Positions 14,422 through 25,804 are shown, numbered from the whole stretch's first letter. The stretch is 63,081 nucleotides of DNA, filler included, from Reticulomyxa filosa (GCA_000512085.1; 19 parts of 19 records of this genome joined end to end with filler, not necessarily neighbours in it), one strand, 5' to 3'. Numbers and translations: made by a program. Notes: a model not told the origin generated them from the letters alone.

Positions 14422-14661
14422 TTTTGTTTTTGCAGATTTTTTTTACAGGAATAATGTCAATTAATGGAGAAGGAAAAAATCTTCAACAGAAAAAAAAGTC
14501 CTTGTGTTCCTTGACTTGATTACTATGATGTACAACGTCCAAAGCTAAAACCATTTTTGTAAATGAGTTCTTGGATATTGACCAAAACTTATTAAATCAC
14601 GTTACGACAATGCTAAAAACACAAAAAGAAGAGAAGAATCAAAAATAATTTTAGCATGTTC

Positions 14662-15721
14662 TCATGTTTGCTTGTATTTGTTGACAGTAGCAATCCATTT
14701 TTGGATGTCTTGTGTAAATTCTTGTGCACAGTCTGTCATGACCCAATGTCCAGCCTTGTACTCTTTATACACACAACCTAGGTCTTTTTGATGATGCAAC
14801 AAATGGCACTTCCATCGATTCGTATGAAATTTCAAAGGCATATATTTGCCAAATCCAAAATAAATTGGGATGGATGGGATCGCATATAGTGTGATATCTT
14901 CTTCATTTTTTTCGATTTTGCGCTTCCACAAATGAAAATACAAATGATTCATGTGTACAGTGATATCATAAGATCTGTGGTATTATGAAAAAAAATAGAA
15001 ATTTTTTTAGGTGCCTTTTCTTTTTTTTTTTTTTTTGTCAAATTCAACAAATTTTTGGAAAATAGTGGAGTGAAAACACATAAACTTTTTTTGACGAGTT
15101 AATGGTGCATTTACAACCCAGGCAAAAATTCTAGTGAGCCAATTACCAAAGAGAAAAGGTGGAAAAAGGAGAAAAACAATAAGTAAAAACCATTGGTAAA
15201 ATAAAAACAACAACAGCTGCTTTCGGTGATTTTCAAAATCAAATTCACCACCATCCGCGACGTCAACACAAATCCATTTTTGAATTGTTGATTTAATTTT
15301 GGTTGAAAACAGCATACCACCGATAATACTCCCAAAATCATGAGTTACCAATGTGATGTGCTTCCTTTCTAAACTTAGATTGTTTTCATTTGTCAAAGAC
15401 TCAATATGTGATGCCACTGTTCTTGCAATGACTGAAAAGTCATAGCCCCATTTCCATCTCTTTCGCATCTTAGCATCACTCTCAAATCCTGGCAGCGTGA
15501 TGCACACACATTGATAATTTTTTTCCAATGCTTCCACTTGCGTCTTCCATAACGAATAGTTATCCGGAAAGCCATGAATAAAGTATATTATTTCGTCACT
15601 TTTTTCGTTCCCACTTACGTGCACCTCCAGCTCCGACTCGGTAAACTCTCCCCCTTTGGCGCTTTCTTGTTGCAACAACACAAGCTATTTTTAAATTTAT
15701 TTTAAGACGGTTCGAACTCAT
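14662..15721 (-). CDS. Alpha/beta hydrolase, epoxide hydrolase family, at least 2 exons; start uncertain
   Basis: FIHGFPDNYSLW oxyanion motif, THDFG nucleophile-Asp elbow, C-terminal AGHWV catalytic His. Confidence 0.85.
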
Positions 15722-16062
15722 TTTTTTTTACCTATCCAAGAAGAGAGCTTTTTAATAATGTAGTGTTTCATGAATCAAATTTTTTTTTTTAAATACGATT
15801 ACGACCCTTGCCAAAAAAAGACTGTACTTATAGATGAAATTGAGGGGAAAAATGGTGATTTTAAAATGTTTTTAGATTAGGGATTAATATCATTTAAAAA
15901 AAGTATCTGAAAACAGCTAATAAGTGTTTTTTTTTTTTGGATATTGCATTCTTTGTGCAAGGAGAGAGTGATAAAGGGAGGAAAAAAAAGAGTGCTGCCG
16001 AGAACATTATGTCAAAAATATTTTAAAACTTTGAGAGACAAAGCACAAAAATTGTATTAAAC

Positions 16063-17458
16063 TTAATTGCTCGAGGATTTATCCAAAATGTCGAAAGCTG
16101 CTTCGAATGACGAAATCATTGCTCCTTCCACCTGCCCTTTCAAAAAGGCATCTCCACACAAAAGTATCGTGCCAATGCAATTCGTGGTGTGATCGACAAC
16201 AGGTATTTTCAGATGAGTATAATTCGTAATACCCGTTTTAACCTGACTGTATTTCCATCGATGAACTTGTGAAGCACTAGACACTTTTTGTGTAATGATT
16301 TGCTGATGCATCGACTCGGGCTTATTGAGAAAGTTTAAGTATTCATAAACATTTTGGTCATCGTCCGTGCCTTTTTCATCCTCGTTGTGACCCCCTAAAA
16401 TAGCTTTTTCAAACAATTGTCTGAACATTGCTTGTCCAACTACAAGTAAATCTTCATCAAATTTGGAAGAAGCAAACTCAAATGTGCTTAACAAACAAAC
16501 GCACTCATTGTTAAATGATACCAACTTCACAACCTCGTTGCCTTGAGTTTGGTAGACCCCTTTTTTTTTTTTGTCCAATCAATGGATTCATTAACAATCG
16601 GGTACATATGTCGGATTTTGAAGTCAATCCATTTGTTCATTTGAACACATTAGTTGAATTTTATTACACAATTAACCACCAAACAAACAATACAATCAAT
16701 GACTGAAATAGGAGTAAAGACGTGTGTTCTAACAGTATATATATATATATATACATATTAGCTACCTTGTAAATGAGTTGGCATTGTATGATCATTGAGA
16801 ACCATCAAAGCAAATTGCGAATGATAAGCAACACCTTTCAACAGATTGTCCAGTCTTTCATCCGTAATAGACATGTTACGTTTTTCAATAACTGCAGAAA
16901 CTGTGGGATTGGTATAGTGCTAATCAATTCATCACAAACATATTCGCCAGCAAATGAAAGCTTATTTGCTTTCTCTGACGATGCAAATTCTTTTTTCACA
17001 TCCGCTTTTGCATTCAGATCCGTTGCTGTGTTTTTGCTTGGTTCATGTCTTTTATTATATCGTAATATCCACTGCTTGCTTTTATTCCTTTCAATCTCTT
17101 TCACTTCATCCCCGACGTGTACATTTGTTGCCACATTCTTTTCCAAATGTGACGCTAGTGCTCGCATCTGCGGTGCATACACGTGCACATGATCCTCCAA
17201 AAAATAACACTTGGCCTTACATTCTTTATGCCATTCATGCATAACCATCCGAATCCCTTCTGATTTCTCAAATGTCCCACGAGAAATCACAAATGACGGC
17301 ACACCGTAATTGAAGCATGGCCTTCGACTTGCAAAACGTCCTCCCGCTTTTCTTCCTTTGTCAACCATTAGAAATGGTATTTTATTGCCATGTAATAAAT
17401 TGGCAATTATAACGCCAGACAATCCCCCACCTAAAATGCCATGTACTTTACTGGTCAT
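16063..17458 (-). CDS. Renalase-like FAD/NAD-dependent oxidoreductase, multi-exon
   Basis: ILGGGLSG Rossmann motif, DKGRKAGGRFASRR, HRWKYS, and C-terminal LCGDAFLKGQVEGAMISS. Confidence 0.85.
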
Positions 17459-17948
17459 TTGATTTTTTTTTTTTGGTCACCTTCCAACCTTGAGGAAAGG
17501 TTCGAAACTCGATTAAATGTACAATGAACAAATTAAAAAATATTAAAAGATTTGTAATTAGCATTTCTGTAAAACAAAAAAGAAATAAAAAGAACTTTGA
17601 AATTTTTCCTTTGCATTGAGGAGTTTGTCTATGAATAATCATAGATCACATGCGTAAAACTCAGGTTTGATTCGTTTTTTTAAAAATTTTTGGTTGCTAT
17701 TTTAAAGCTTGCCTCTTTGAAATTATTTTATTGGAGCGACAAATAAAAAAGCTAAAGTTATATCAATGCGAGCTTTGAATTTAAAATGGACGCAAAGATC
17801 AGATTTTAAATTATTGAAAAAAGATTTTTTTTTTTATGAAGCAAAGATAAAATTGTTTGAAAGCAATTAAAACAAGTAACTTCAAAAAAAATAAAACTAA
17901 GCCTTAAAAATTATGTCAAAGTCAAAAATCAAGGTTTGACAAAGGTAG

Positions 17949-18236
17949 CGTCATAATTTGAGTAAATCTATACAAAAGCAATACCAAGCGCAAACGAGAA
18001 GCACAAAAGATGAAAAGAAGTTGTTACTACTCGGAACAGGTAGAGAGGAGGGGGAATATTGTACGAAGTTGTCTGGGCCTATTTGGAATGTGTAATCTCC
18101 CAATCAACAACAACAACAAAAAGCAACATAAGAATGAATGGAAAGGGAAAGGATATGGAACAAAAAACACAGACGCGAGTGGAAAATCAACCATTTTCAA
18201 AAATTTGCGAAAATGGAACGGAGATACAATATGTGA
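17949..18236 (+). CDS. Heterotrimeric G-protein alpha subunit, N-terminal fragment; join(<17949..18039,18173..>18236)
   Basis: Spliced product SKSIQKQY...DEKKLLLLGT-D-ASGKSTIFKNLR matches the G-alpha alphaN/P-loop consensus KLLLLGAGESGKSTIFKQ. Confidence 0.82.
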
Positions 18237-18880
18237 NNNNNNNNNNNNNNNNNNNNNNNNNNNNNNNNNNNNNNNNNNNNTTAATTAATTAANNNNNNNN
18301 NNNNNNNNNNNNNNNNNNNNNNNNNNNNNNNNNNNNTTTTTTTTTTTTTTTTTGACATAATTGATTGTATTTGTTTTTTTATTAACAGCCGAAACCCATC
18401 TGTCCAAAAAAAAAAAAATGTGTGTACGTCGCAATACAAACTGTCGGCGAAGAACAATTTCGGGGTTGAAGCTACCCGGTGTCGAAAAAAAAATGAAATG
18501 GTTTGTATCTTTTATTTTTTTATTTTTTATTTTTTTTTACCAAATGTTTATGTTTGTAAATAGGCACGCCCCCACCAGTAAAAATTTTTTTTGGTACCAT
18601 CATCGTCACAAAAGAAAAAAAATGTATAGTTAGATTGGAAATGGAGCTTTTAGCTCAATATCAAATATATTTATTTTTTTTTTCAATGTTCAAAAAAAAT
18701 TTGCAAATTTATTTTTATTTGAATATATTGATATGGAAATGGGTGGGGAAAGAAAATAGAATGGAAAAAATGAGGGAAAAAATTAGTAAAAGAAAATTGG
18801 AAAAAAATAAAGGGAAAAAAAGGGAAAATGAATTTAGAAAATGGGGGAAATGTTGAAAATAAGTTAGAAAAGGGAGGGCA

Positions 18881-19017
18881 AAAAAATTGAAAAGGGGGGC
18901 AAAAATTGAAAAAGGGAGCAAAAAATTGAAAAAGAGAGCAAAAAATTGAAAAAGGGAGCAAAAAATTGAAAAATGGAGCAAAAAATTGAAAAATATAGCA
19001 AAAAATTGAAAAAATGG
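18881..19017 (+). repeat. Minisatellite, about 7 copies of a 20-bp unit AAAAATTGAAAAAGGGAGCA
   Basis: Head-to-tail copies with a few substitutions and no unique spacers. Confidence 0.9.
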
Positions 19018-19139
19018 TGAAAGAAATTAGAAAAAAGTTTATTTAAGATAATTGAAAAAAAGAAAAAATGCAAAATGCAAAATAAAAAAGAAATTAAAAA
19101 AATGTTGAAAAAAGAAAATAAAAAAAATAAAAAAGAAAT

Positions 19140-20540
19140 ATTGTCTAAGCGTGCCAAAACTTGTCGTGTGCGCATTCCTACTTTGTGTTTTTGATTGTTG
19201 ATTGGAAAAACGTTGGTTCGCGAAGTATTGGACATTGTCAATTGGTGAAGAAAGAGAGCCAGTTGCATTTTCCGAGTTCGTCGCTGAAAGAGTTGTGTGC
19301 CTTGCATTTATTGAACAAACGCCTGCTATCTTTACTGAACTGCCTCCGGGACCAACTACGAGCTATAGTCGACGTGTTGGTTAGCATTCAAGAAATCAAG
19401 AAGTGGGGGACGACGAAAGAAAGAACGTGGACATGGTCAAAAAATAATCATTGTGATCAAGCAACCACTACATCGTGATAGTCGTCCTATGTAAGAACTG
19501 TCCAATTTAGATTTGCCGAAACTCCAGGACGCGTCAAGAAAGAGGAGGATTTGTTTAAAGAAAAAAAAAAAAAAAAGCAGTTGCAAGCTTTTTTGAAGTT
19601 AATAATCGATTTACTTTTTTCATCCCGAAGCGCGCAAAATCGCCACTCACAGACGTATACTAACTCCTAATAGCGAGTCCGATTGAATGTGTTAAATGAA
19701 TAGGTCAAGTCTGGCAATGGTAACACGAGGCATTTCAAAGAACATGTTTACTGTCGACGAAACCAGACACAAGTCTCTGATGCTGTGCCACTCAAACAAT
19801 TAACCACAAAGATATTGTCAAACTGCGAGCTACTGGTGCCAGTGAACAATTGAAACTTTGCTGTAATGAAAATGGATCTCTAATGTTATAAACTCAAACA
19901 ACAGCCGAAACTAGTTGTGTGCGTGCGCACATGCGCAAATTTTGAGTTTTGAAGTATGAGATTGTTGATTGGAGTGGTAAGCTAGCATGCGACATTGCTC
20001 ACTGATAATTGGTAAATTGTCGCATTTTTTGAATCAATCAATGCAAGAGTCGTTGATCTTGCGTTTGTGGAGCAAATATATATTATATTTACTGAACTGC
20101 CTCCCGGATCGACCATTGACTACGGGCGACGTGTATGGTACTCAAAGAATAGCAGCGAATATGGAAAAAAAAAAAGGAAATGCAAATGGTATTCTCAAGT
20201 ATTGTATCGCCAATGCAGAAATTGTTGAATGGACGCATATTAATAGATGCGATAATTTTCAATCAAGACCATTAGACCAAGGCCAAAGTATTTCTACTAT
20301 CACAAGGGCGCCGAGAATGAATGAATTCGGTATGCAATTGCAATGGCTGCAAAAAAATTCTCGCAGTTGAATCGCCGACGATCTGGGTCTTGGTACTGTC
20401 CGACTACGAATGCAAGTTTTTCAATCAGAAAAAAGACTTGCAAAATGAAAACGAAATAATATCGATATTGCTGTATCGCAACGACAGCAGCGACTGGCTT
20501 GGCCGAAGAAATACAAGATAAAGAAGAAGAGGACGTTCAG
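19140..20540 (+). repeat. Degenerate 0.8-1 kb tandem unit, decayed coding-like, also present in contig 44290-45840
   Basis: TTTACTGAACTGCCTCC at 19331 and 20088. GTTGTGTGCGTGCGCACAT near 19915 and 44757. TCGCCACTC(A/G)CAG near 19640 and 45620. Confidence 0.65.
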
Positions 20541-21314
20541 TAAATACATAATCACATGTTGCAGTCGAGTGGACCACTGTTACATGGGTCTATTCTCCGA
20601 TATCGTGACCCAATTCGTTGGATGATTTTTGCGAAACTGTAAGCAAACATCACAAGCGAACAAGAAAGGGAGATATTAGAAGGACAATGATATGGATAGA
20701 AAGACTCCGAGGATAATGCATTGGATCTGTTTTAAAAGAAAAAAAGCCATCCATCAACTTACTTTCGTTATGAAATGACTTTTTCACATCTGCGAGTGGA
20801 GGTCTTGCGCAATCTTATGCATGGACTAATTTCATGTATTGCGCCCCCCCCCAAATGAAGCGTCTTAGCTGGTATAACAATGTTACGCGCAGCGTCAGTG
20901 AGACTTGTGGCGTCAACAACAAAACGCAGTTCAGATTCTCTTTTAATCTTTTGTCAATTGTTTTAATACATTGGACTGGTATTGTGTTCGCCAATATTTG
21001 GGTACCACTGTATTCCATGATTTGATTTAATGCGCACTGAAAAGCTAACGTTGCGCATTTGTTACAAAAAGTAACAACATCGTGACAATTGATAATTGGG
21101 ACAATTCAAAAGTTGCTCCATTGTTTAGCGAATTAGAACAAACTGTGGATATTGGTAATGTGTTGGTGGAGCGGGTCCTGCTGGGTGGATAATGAACAAT
21201 ATTTTATATCAACANNNNNNNNNNNNNNNNNNNNNNNNNNNNNNNNNNNNNNNNNNNNTTAATTAATTAANNNNNNNNNNNNNNNNNNNNNNNNNNNNNN
21301 NNNNNNNNNNNNNN

Positions 21315-22186
21315 ATGACTTTAGAACTGCTTCAATTTAGCACAAGTCATAACGAGGGACCCTCTGATATTCTACTAAGATGGAGATAAGAAAAGTTCGC
21401 GTTAAAGTTGGAATTGGAATACGATGCAGAATGTAATGTTTCAGCAAGAAAGAGATTAAAACTATCTGATGAAAGGTTAGTGGAATCGTTGCTAGGAGCT
21501 CTGGTTGGAATCTTGAGACGACTGGTATACGAACAAAACCAGTCGACATTAAATAAAACAAAAACATCTCTGGAAAACATATAGATCATGTTCGAAGAGG
21601 AAGGACTAGCAAAACACATGACATATCAAAAACAAAAATGGGGCTAAACAATATCAACGAAACGATATTCAAGACGTAATAAAATGTTCTATTGTCATGA
21701 AAACACATCAGATGGTGACAATCGTTTTACAGTTATAGAAAAATGGAGTTATAAGAACAGAAACGATATGTATAAACAACAATATGACAGTATTAAATTG
21801 ACAAGCCAAAGTAATGTATCTACCTACAACTACTGAAAAGCAAGTAACGAAAGACAAACAGCAATATAACGCCCTCAAAGGCACTAATCGTCATTGGAAC
21901 AATGAGTGTTGGAATTGTGGCGAAAATGGTTGTATGTTCAAACAATGTAAACGAATTACACGTAATCGAACGGCAATCAGATCAAGAAAGTGGGGAGCAC
22001 ATACTTCCAATGCTTGTTGTCGACAAAGTGATGAAAAAACCTGATATAATTGTAATCAAATTGTGAAATAAAGAAATGGGTACCATAAAAGCAATTGCAG
22101 ATACCGGAGCATCAATATGTGCGTTGAGCGACGATATTGCACGTAAACATTTGCACTTACTAACAAAGGATAATCGTGATAAATTT
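21315..22186 (+). mobile_element. Decayed LTR retrotransposon gag-protease region, probably Ty3/Gypsy
   Basis: Degenerate zinc knuckle CWNCGENGCMFKQC near 21907, followed by retropepsin motif IKAIADTGASICALS (D codon at 22100). Stops and frameshifts throughout. Confidence 0.75.
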
Positions 22187-22820
22187 GCTTTGATATGACT
22201 ATCATCTAAATCTGGCTTTTTCTTCTTAGTTAATGCTATCAAACTGTTTCTCTTTTGAGTTCTTATTACAGTTTCATAAGAAACTTTGATTTCATCATCA
22301 TCTAACTCTTTCTTGACGTCTTTGAAGTTTCGCACTTTCCAGAAACAAGCTATTTCACAATTTTATGCTGAACTCGCAAAGTAATCTTCTATGATCTGCC
22401 AGATCCAGATTTTCTTTTTAATGTTCCATTACACTTATATGACGCCAGCCAAAATCGAAGCGCAGCTATACTTACGTTAAACTTCTTTACTACATATTGA
22501 ATGCTAGATCCACCGACTATCATACCAACGACAACTTATTTCTTAAAAGCAATCAAATGTTTCATCATTTTAAAAATCAAAATTTTGAAATGTCAATTAA
22601 AAATATCAACAATAAAAAAAACTAGTAAAAAAAAAAATTAAATATTTAAAAACTACAAGATTAGTGGATATTTTTTTTTTTAAAATTATGTTTAAATCTT
22701 TATTTTTCATAGAGAAAATTGATTCTCTTCATATAGTGCCATTTATGTATGGCAGTTTTTTTTTGCAATCTACTGTATAAGATGCCATTTTAGGTGTCAA
22801 CTTTACTTTGCATTATACTG
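22187..22820 (-). mobile_element. Truncated Tc1/mariner transposon: terminus plus N-terminal transposase (paired HTH) pseudogene
   Basis: Terminus TA|CAGTATAATGCAAAGTAAAGTTGACACC at 22820. ORF remnant from about 22567: GSSIQYVVKKFNVS...FW...SGSGRS*KIT...VSYETVIR...KKKPDLDDSHIKA. Confidence 0.82.
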
Positions 22821-22977
22821 TATTATCGACATATGTCATGTAACAAACGATCAAGCATGCTTATGTTGCCCAGATGGTGGCAAAGAAGGGGGAATGTAGG
22901 ACAAGTCCATATTATGAATATCTGAACTTCAAGAGAACAAAGGAATTCACAATAGGTTAAACTTCCTCAACAAACTA

Positions 22978-23130
22978 CAGTAGAACGCAAAGTAAAGTTG
23001 ACACCTAAAATGGCACCTTATATACATGATTGATTTTATTCATAGAAAAACAACATTCAGACCTTAATTTTTTTTAATTTAAAAAAAAATCTACAAATCG
23101 TGTACTTTTTAAATATGTATTTTGGTTTTT
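22978..23130 (+). mobile_element. Second Tc1-family terminus, opposite orientation
   Basis: TA|CAGTAGAACGCAAAGTAAAGTTGACACCTAAAATGGCA. Similarity to the first copy continues for about 140 bp. Right boundary is approximate. Confidence 0.75.
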
Positions 23131-23627
23131 TATTACATCTTTCCTAATTATTTCAATATTTTATCCTTTCTTTTCTTTTTTTTTTAATTTTTTTTGAAAT
23201 TACTAAAGGTTGAGAATTTGAACAAAAGACGTGCTGTTGAGCTTTTGCGTCAGTGCTCGAGTTTGCGCAAAATTGCAAAACAATTTTGTGTAAGTCATGA
23301 ATGTGTGCGTGAACCGAAGCTGACGTTAATCATAAAAATATCAAATTGATAGTGGGAGCATAATTGTGTAGTCTTGCTTTGGAGTGTTAAGACCTGTTTA
23401 TCCATGTAACATTAATTGATTTGTCAATGCATATGTTTACAAAGAAATTTTAGTTGATGAAATGCTTAAAAGTATTAATTGATGTTTAGAAGATAATGAA
23501 AATTAAATGTTTCAGCAAGATAATGCCNNNNNNNNNNNNNNNNNNNNNNNNNNNNNNNNNNNNNNNNNNNNTTAATTAATTAANNNNNNNNNNNNNNNNN
23601 NNNNNNNNNNNNNNNNNNNNNNNNNNN

Positions 23628-24692
23628 AAGATTACCGCTGCTCCGCTGCGCAAGAGTTCGAGCGCGCTCTTCCCCATAGCCAGCTTCGATCAGCGACTGC
23701 CGAATTTGGTCAATAGTAGGATTCGGAATAATTGCCCGAAATGGATGTGGGATGCCGCCAGGGCGTCCACCCAACACTATCCCATGTCGAGATCGTCTAG
23801 CTTTTTCGATCAGGCGAACGCTGGAGGAGTCCTGATCATTAAGTGGAAAATCCGCAACTAGTATAAGACGTTCTTTATGCTCTGCAATTTCCGCCCATGC
23901 ATCGCTCGATGGGACAATTACACAACGACCTCTAGCGTCAGTGCGGTTTTCTTCATCGAGGTGCTCGATAAACGCCGAGACAAAATCGCCAACTTGATCG
24001 GGGAAATGTGTATCGAGTTTTAATTCCGTTGCCTTCTGATCGAAAATCTCACCCAAGCGAGTCCGCGCGAGGTCTCGATTGCTTAGAAATGTGGTGGGTA
24101 GCAGAGGTGGCGGAGCGCCTATGTCCCGGAGTAGTTTCCACCTTTCTTCGGGCAACTCAAGTCGCGCACTTGGAAGCCCCATTTCTTTCGCAAGCCAGAT
24201 TGCAACAGATGGAAGCTGGTGCAGCCAGTCAATTATTCTCGTGCCATCAATGATGCGGACATCAGCCCATTCGCCGCGGTTCTTCCGATTCTCTATCCAT
24301 TTGTTTTGACTGTCCTCTTTCCAAGTATGTGACCAACTACGGCGGCCTGAATGTGGAGTGACGAAGATGAAGCTAGAGACGTTTCGAACTGCTTCCGGCA
24401 CATCATTAGTCAAAGATTTGTAGTCGGCAGTCGCTTTGTCGCCAGCTTCAAGATTGGTCCCGATTTCCCAATAGGAGCGCCCTTGTGGAATGAAAGGATC
24501 AAAGGGATAGTCGACATCAAGAACGCCGTCGGGACCGTGCTGCCCGATGCTATCCCCAAGAGGGAAGCGCCTCTCTTTGGGTCTGGGCGACGACGCGGCA
24601 ACTAGTCGATAAACGAGTTCGACTATTGCTCCTTGTGCTGCGATTGAATTTCCTCTCGTCCAATCGTCCAACTGATTTTCAGTTACGAACAT
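23628..24692 (-). CDS. Bacterial PD-(D/E)XK-like nuclease fused to a degenerate STAND-like NTPase; 3'-truncated; candidate defence protein
   Basis: Intronless ORF of more than 355 aa with a G-rich SD-like site (AGGGGGCGG) upstream. GPDG...SYWEIGT...KATADY...FIFVTP...WADVRIIDG, then FLSNR..RL, LILVAD, ARTLAQRSSGNL. Confidence 0.72.
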
Positions 24693-24839
24693 GTTGTTCC
24701 GCCCCCTGAATCAGCGTGGAAGAGTTCGCCGATTCTGGCCAGATTCTAGAGGAGCTTGTCGAGAATACCAAACAAGCGGCACGCGCCGCTGCAGCAGTAG
24801 TTTAAGCGTATGACCTCATCACGCATTCTTGCAACTCTC

Positions 24840-24874
24840 GGCAGACGGAGGATCCAAAGAAGATCCGCCTTGCC
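24840..24874 (-). terminator. Imperfect GC-rich stem-loop just after the oxidoreductase stop
   Basis: GGCAAGGCGGATC-N7-GATCCTCCGTCTGCC on the - strand. No clear U-tract. Confidence 0.3.
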
Positions 24875-24892
24875 GAAGCCCGGAGAGCGTTC

Positions 24893-25363
24893 CTACTGCG
24901 CCGCGATCTTCGACGCCGCCGGGGCGAAGTCGCGTTCCATCTCGCGGCGGAGCTTCACGGCGGTGAGCGATTCGTCCATCACCACGTCGGCATAGGTCAG
25001 CGACTGGCCGGCCTTGATCGGCTTCACCAGCTTGACGTTGTGGGCGAGGCCGAGCGGCAGGCTGCCGAGGCCGGTCGACTTTTCCGACGGGAACAGCTTG
25101 CCGTAGACCGTGTAGCCGCCCTCGCCGTCCAGCATCTCGCCGGGCTTGAGGTCGCGCTTGGCGGTGGCGATGACGTCGGCGTGGAAGCCGATCGGCGTGC
25201 CGGTCGGTTCCTTGCGCAGGCCGATCGAGGCGACCGACATGCCGACCTCGAGGCCGATCAGGTGCCAGCGCTTGTACATGACGGAATACCGGCCGCTGGG
25301 TCGGTCTGCAGCATGTACTCCTCGAAGCAGTTCTTCTGGTACTCGGTGGCGGCCTCGAACACG
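24893..25363 (-). CDS. Bacterial homoserine-dehydrogenase-like NAD(P) oxidoreductase with C-terminal SAF domain, 3' part
   Basis: YKRWHLIGLEVGMSVAS...DVIATAKRDLKPGEMLDGEGGYTVYG...LPLGLAHNVKLVKPIKAGQSLTYADV. Spot GC count 43/60 at 24901-24960. One 1-nt shift near 25298. Confidence 0.88.
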   Translation of the reverse strand, partial: RVRGRHRVPEELLRGVHAADRPSGRYSVMYKRWHLIGLEVGMSVASIGLRKEPTGTPIGFHADVIATAKRDLKPGEMLDGEGGYTVYGKLFPSEKSTGLGSLPLGLAHNVKLVKPIKAGQSLTYADVVMDESLTAVKLRREMERDFAPAASKIAAQ

Positions 25364-25463
25364 NNNNNNNNNNNNNNNNNNNNNNNNNNNNNNNNNNNNN
25401 NNNNNNNTTAATTAATTAANNNNNNNNNNNNNNNNNNNNNNNNNNNNNNNNNNNNNNNNNNNN

Positions 25464-25790
25464 TGTGACGATGAGTTCGAAACATTTTTTTAGTCCATGG
25501 TTGTGTTCCTGCAATGTCACTGACAAAATTGGGATCTCTTGGATTATCCTGCTTCCATTTGATAGGGTTAGCAACTGCCCCTGCAACGTCGTCTGTTTTG
25601 AGAGATGTGAATATCTTGTTGTGACATCGCATTCGTTCCGATTTGTTTGCATCCTTTTGTTTTGGATGTGCTCCTTCAATATCGCTGATATCATATGCAT
25701 ACTTATGTTTGTTTGGAAATGATCGGCTTTAAGCATATATCGACTGTCGTGAGGATTCGATTGTGATTTTTTTGCGGAAATTGCGATACT
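25464..25790 (-). CDS. Fragment of a protein with D(I/V)xGA/T repeats
   Basis: One frame reads DISDIEGAHP...LKTDDVAGAVA...VSDIAGTQP. Start unresolved. Confidence 0.45.
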
Positions 25791-25804
25791 AAATTCTCAA
25801 CATA

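Noticed and set aside
18881-19017. CRISPR-like array
   Set aside because: Units are head-to-tail with no unique spacers, there are no cas genes, and the context is eukaryotic.
22773-23026. A ~250-bp MITE bounded by the inverted GTTGACACCTAAAATGGCA repeats
   Set aside because: The TA|CAGT ends lie on the inner side (22820 and 22978) and similarity extends outward, so these are two separate elements back-to-back.
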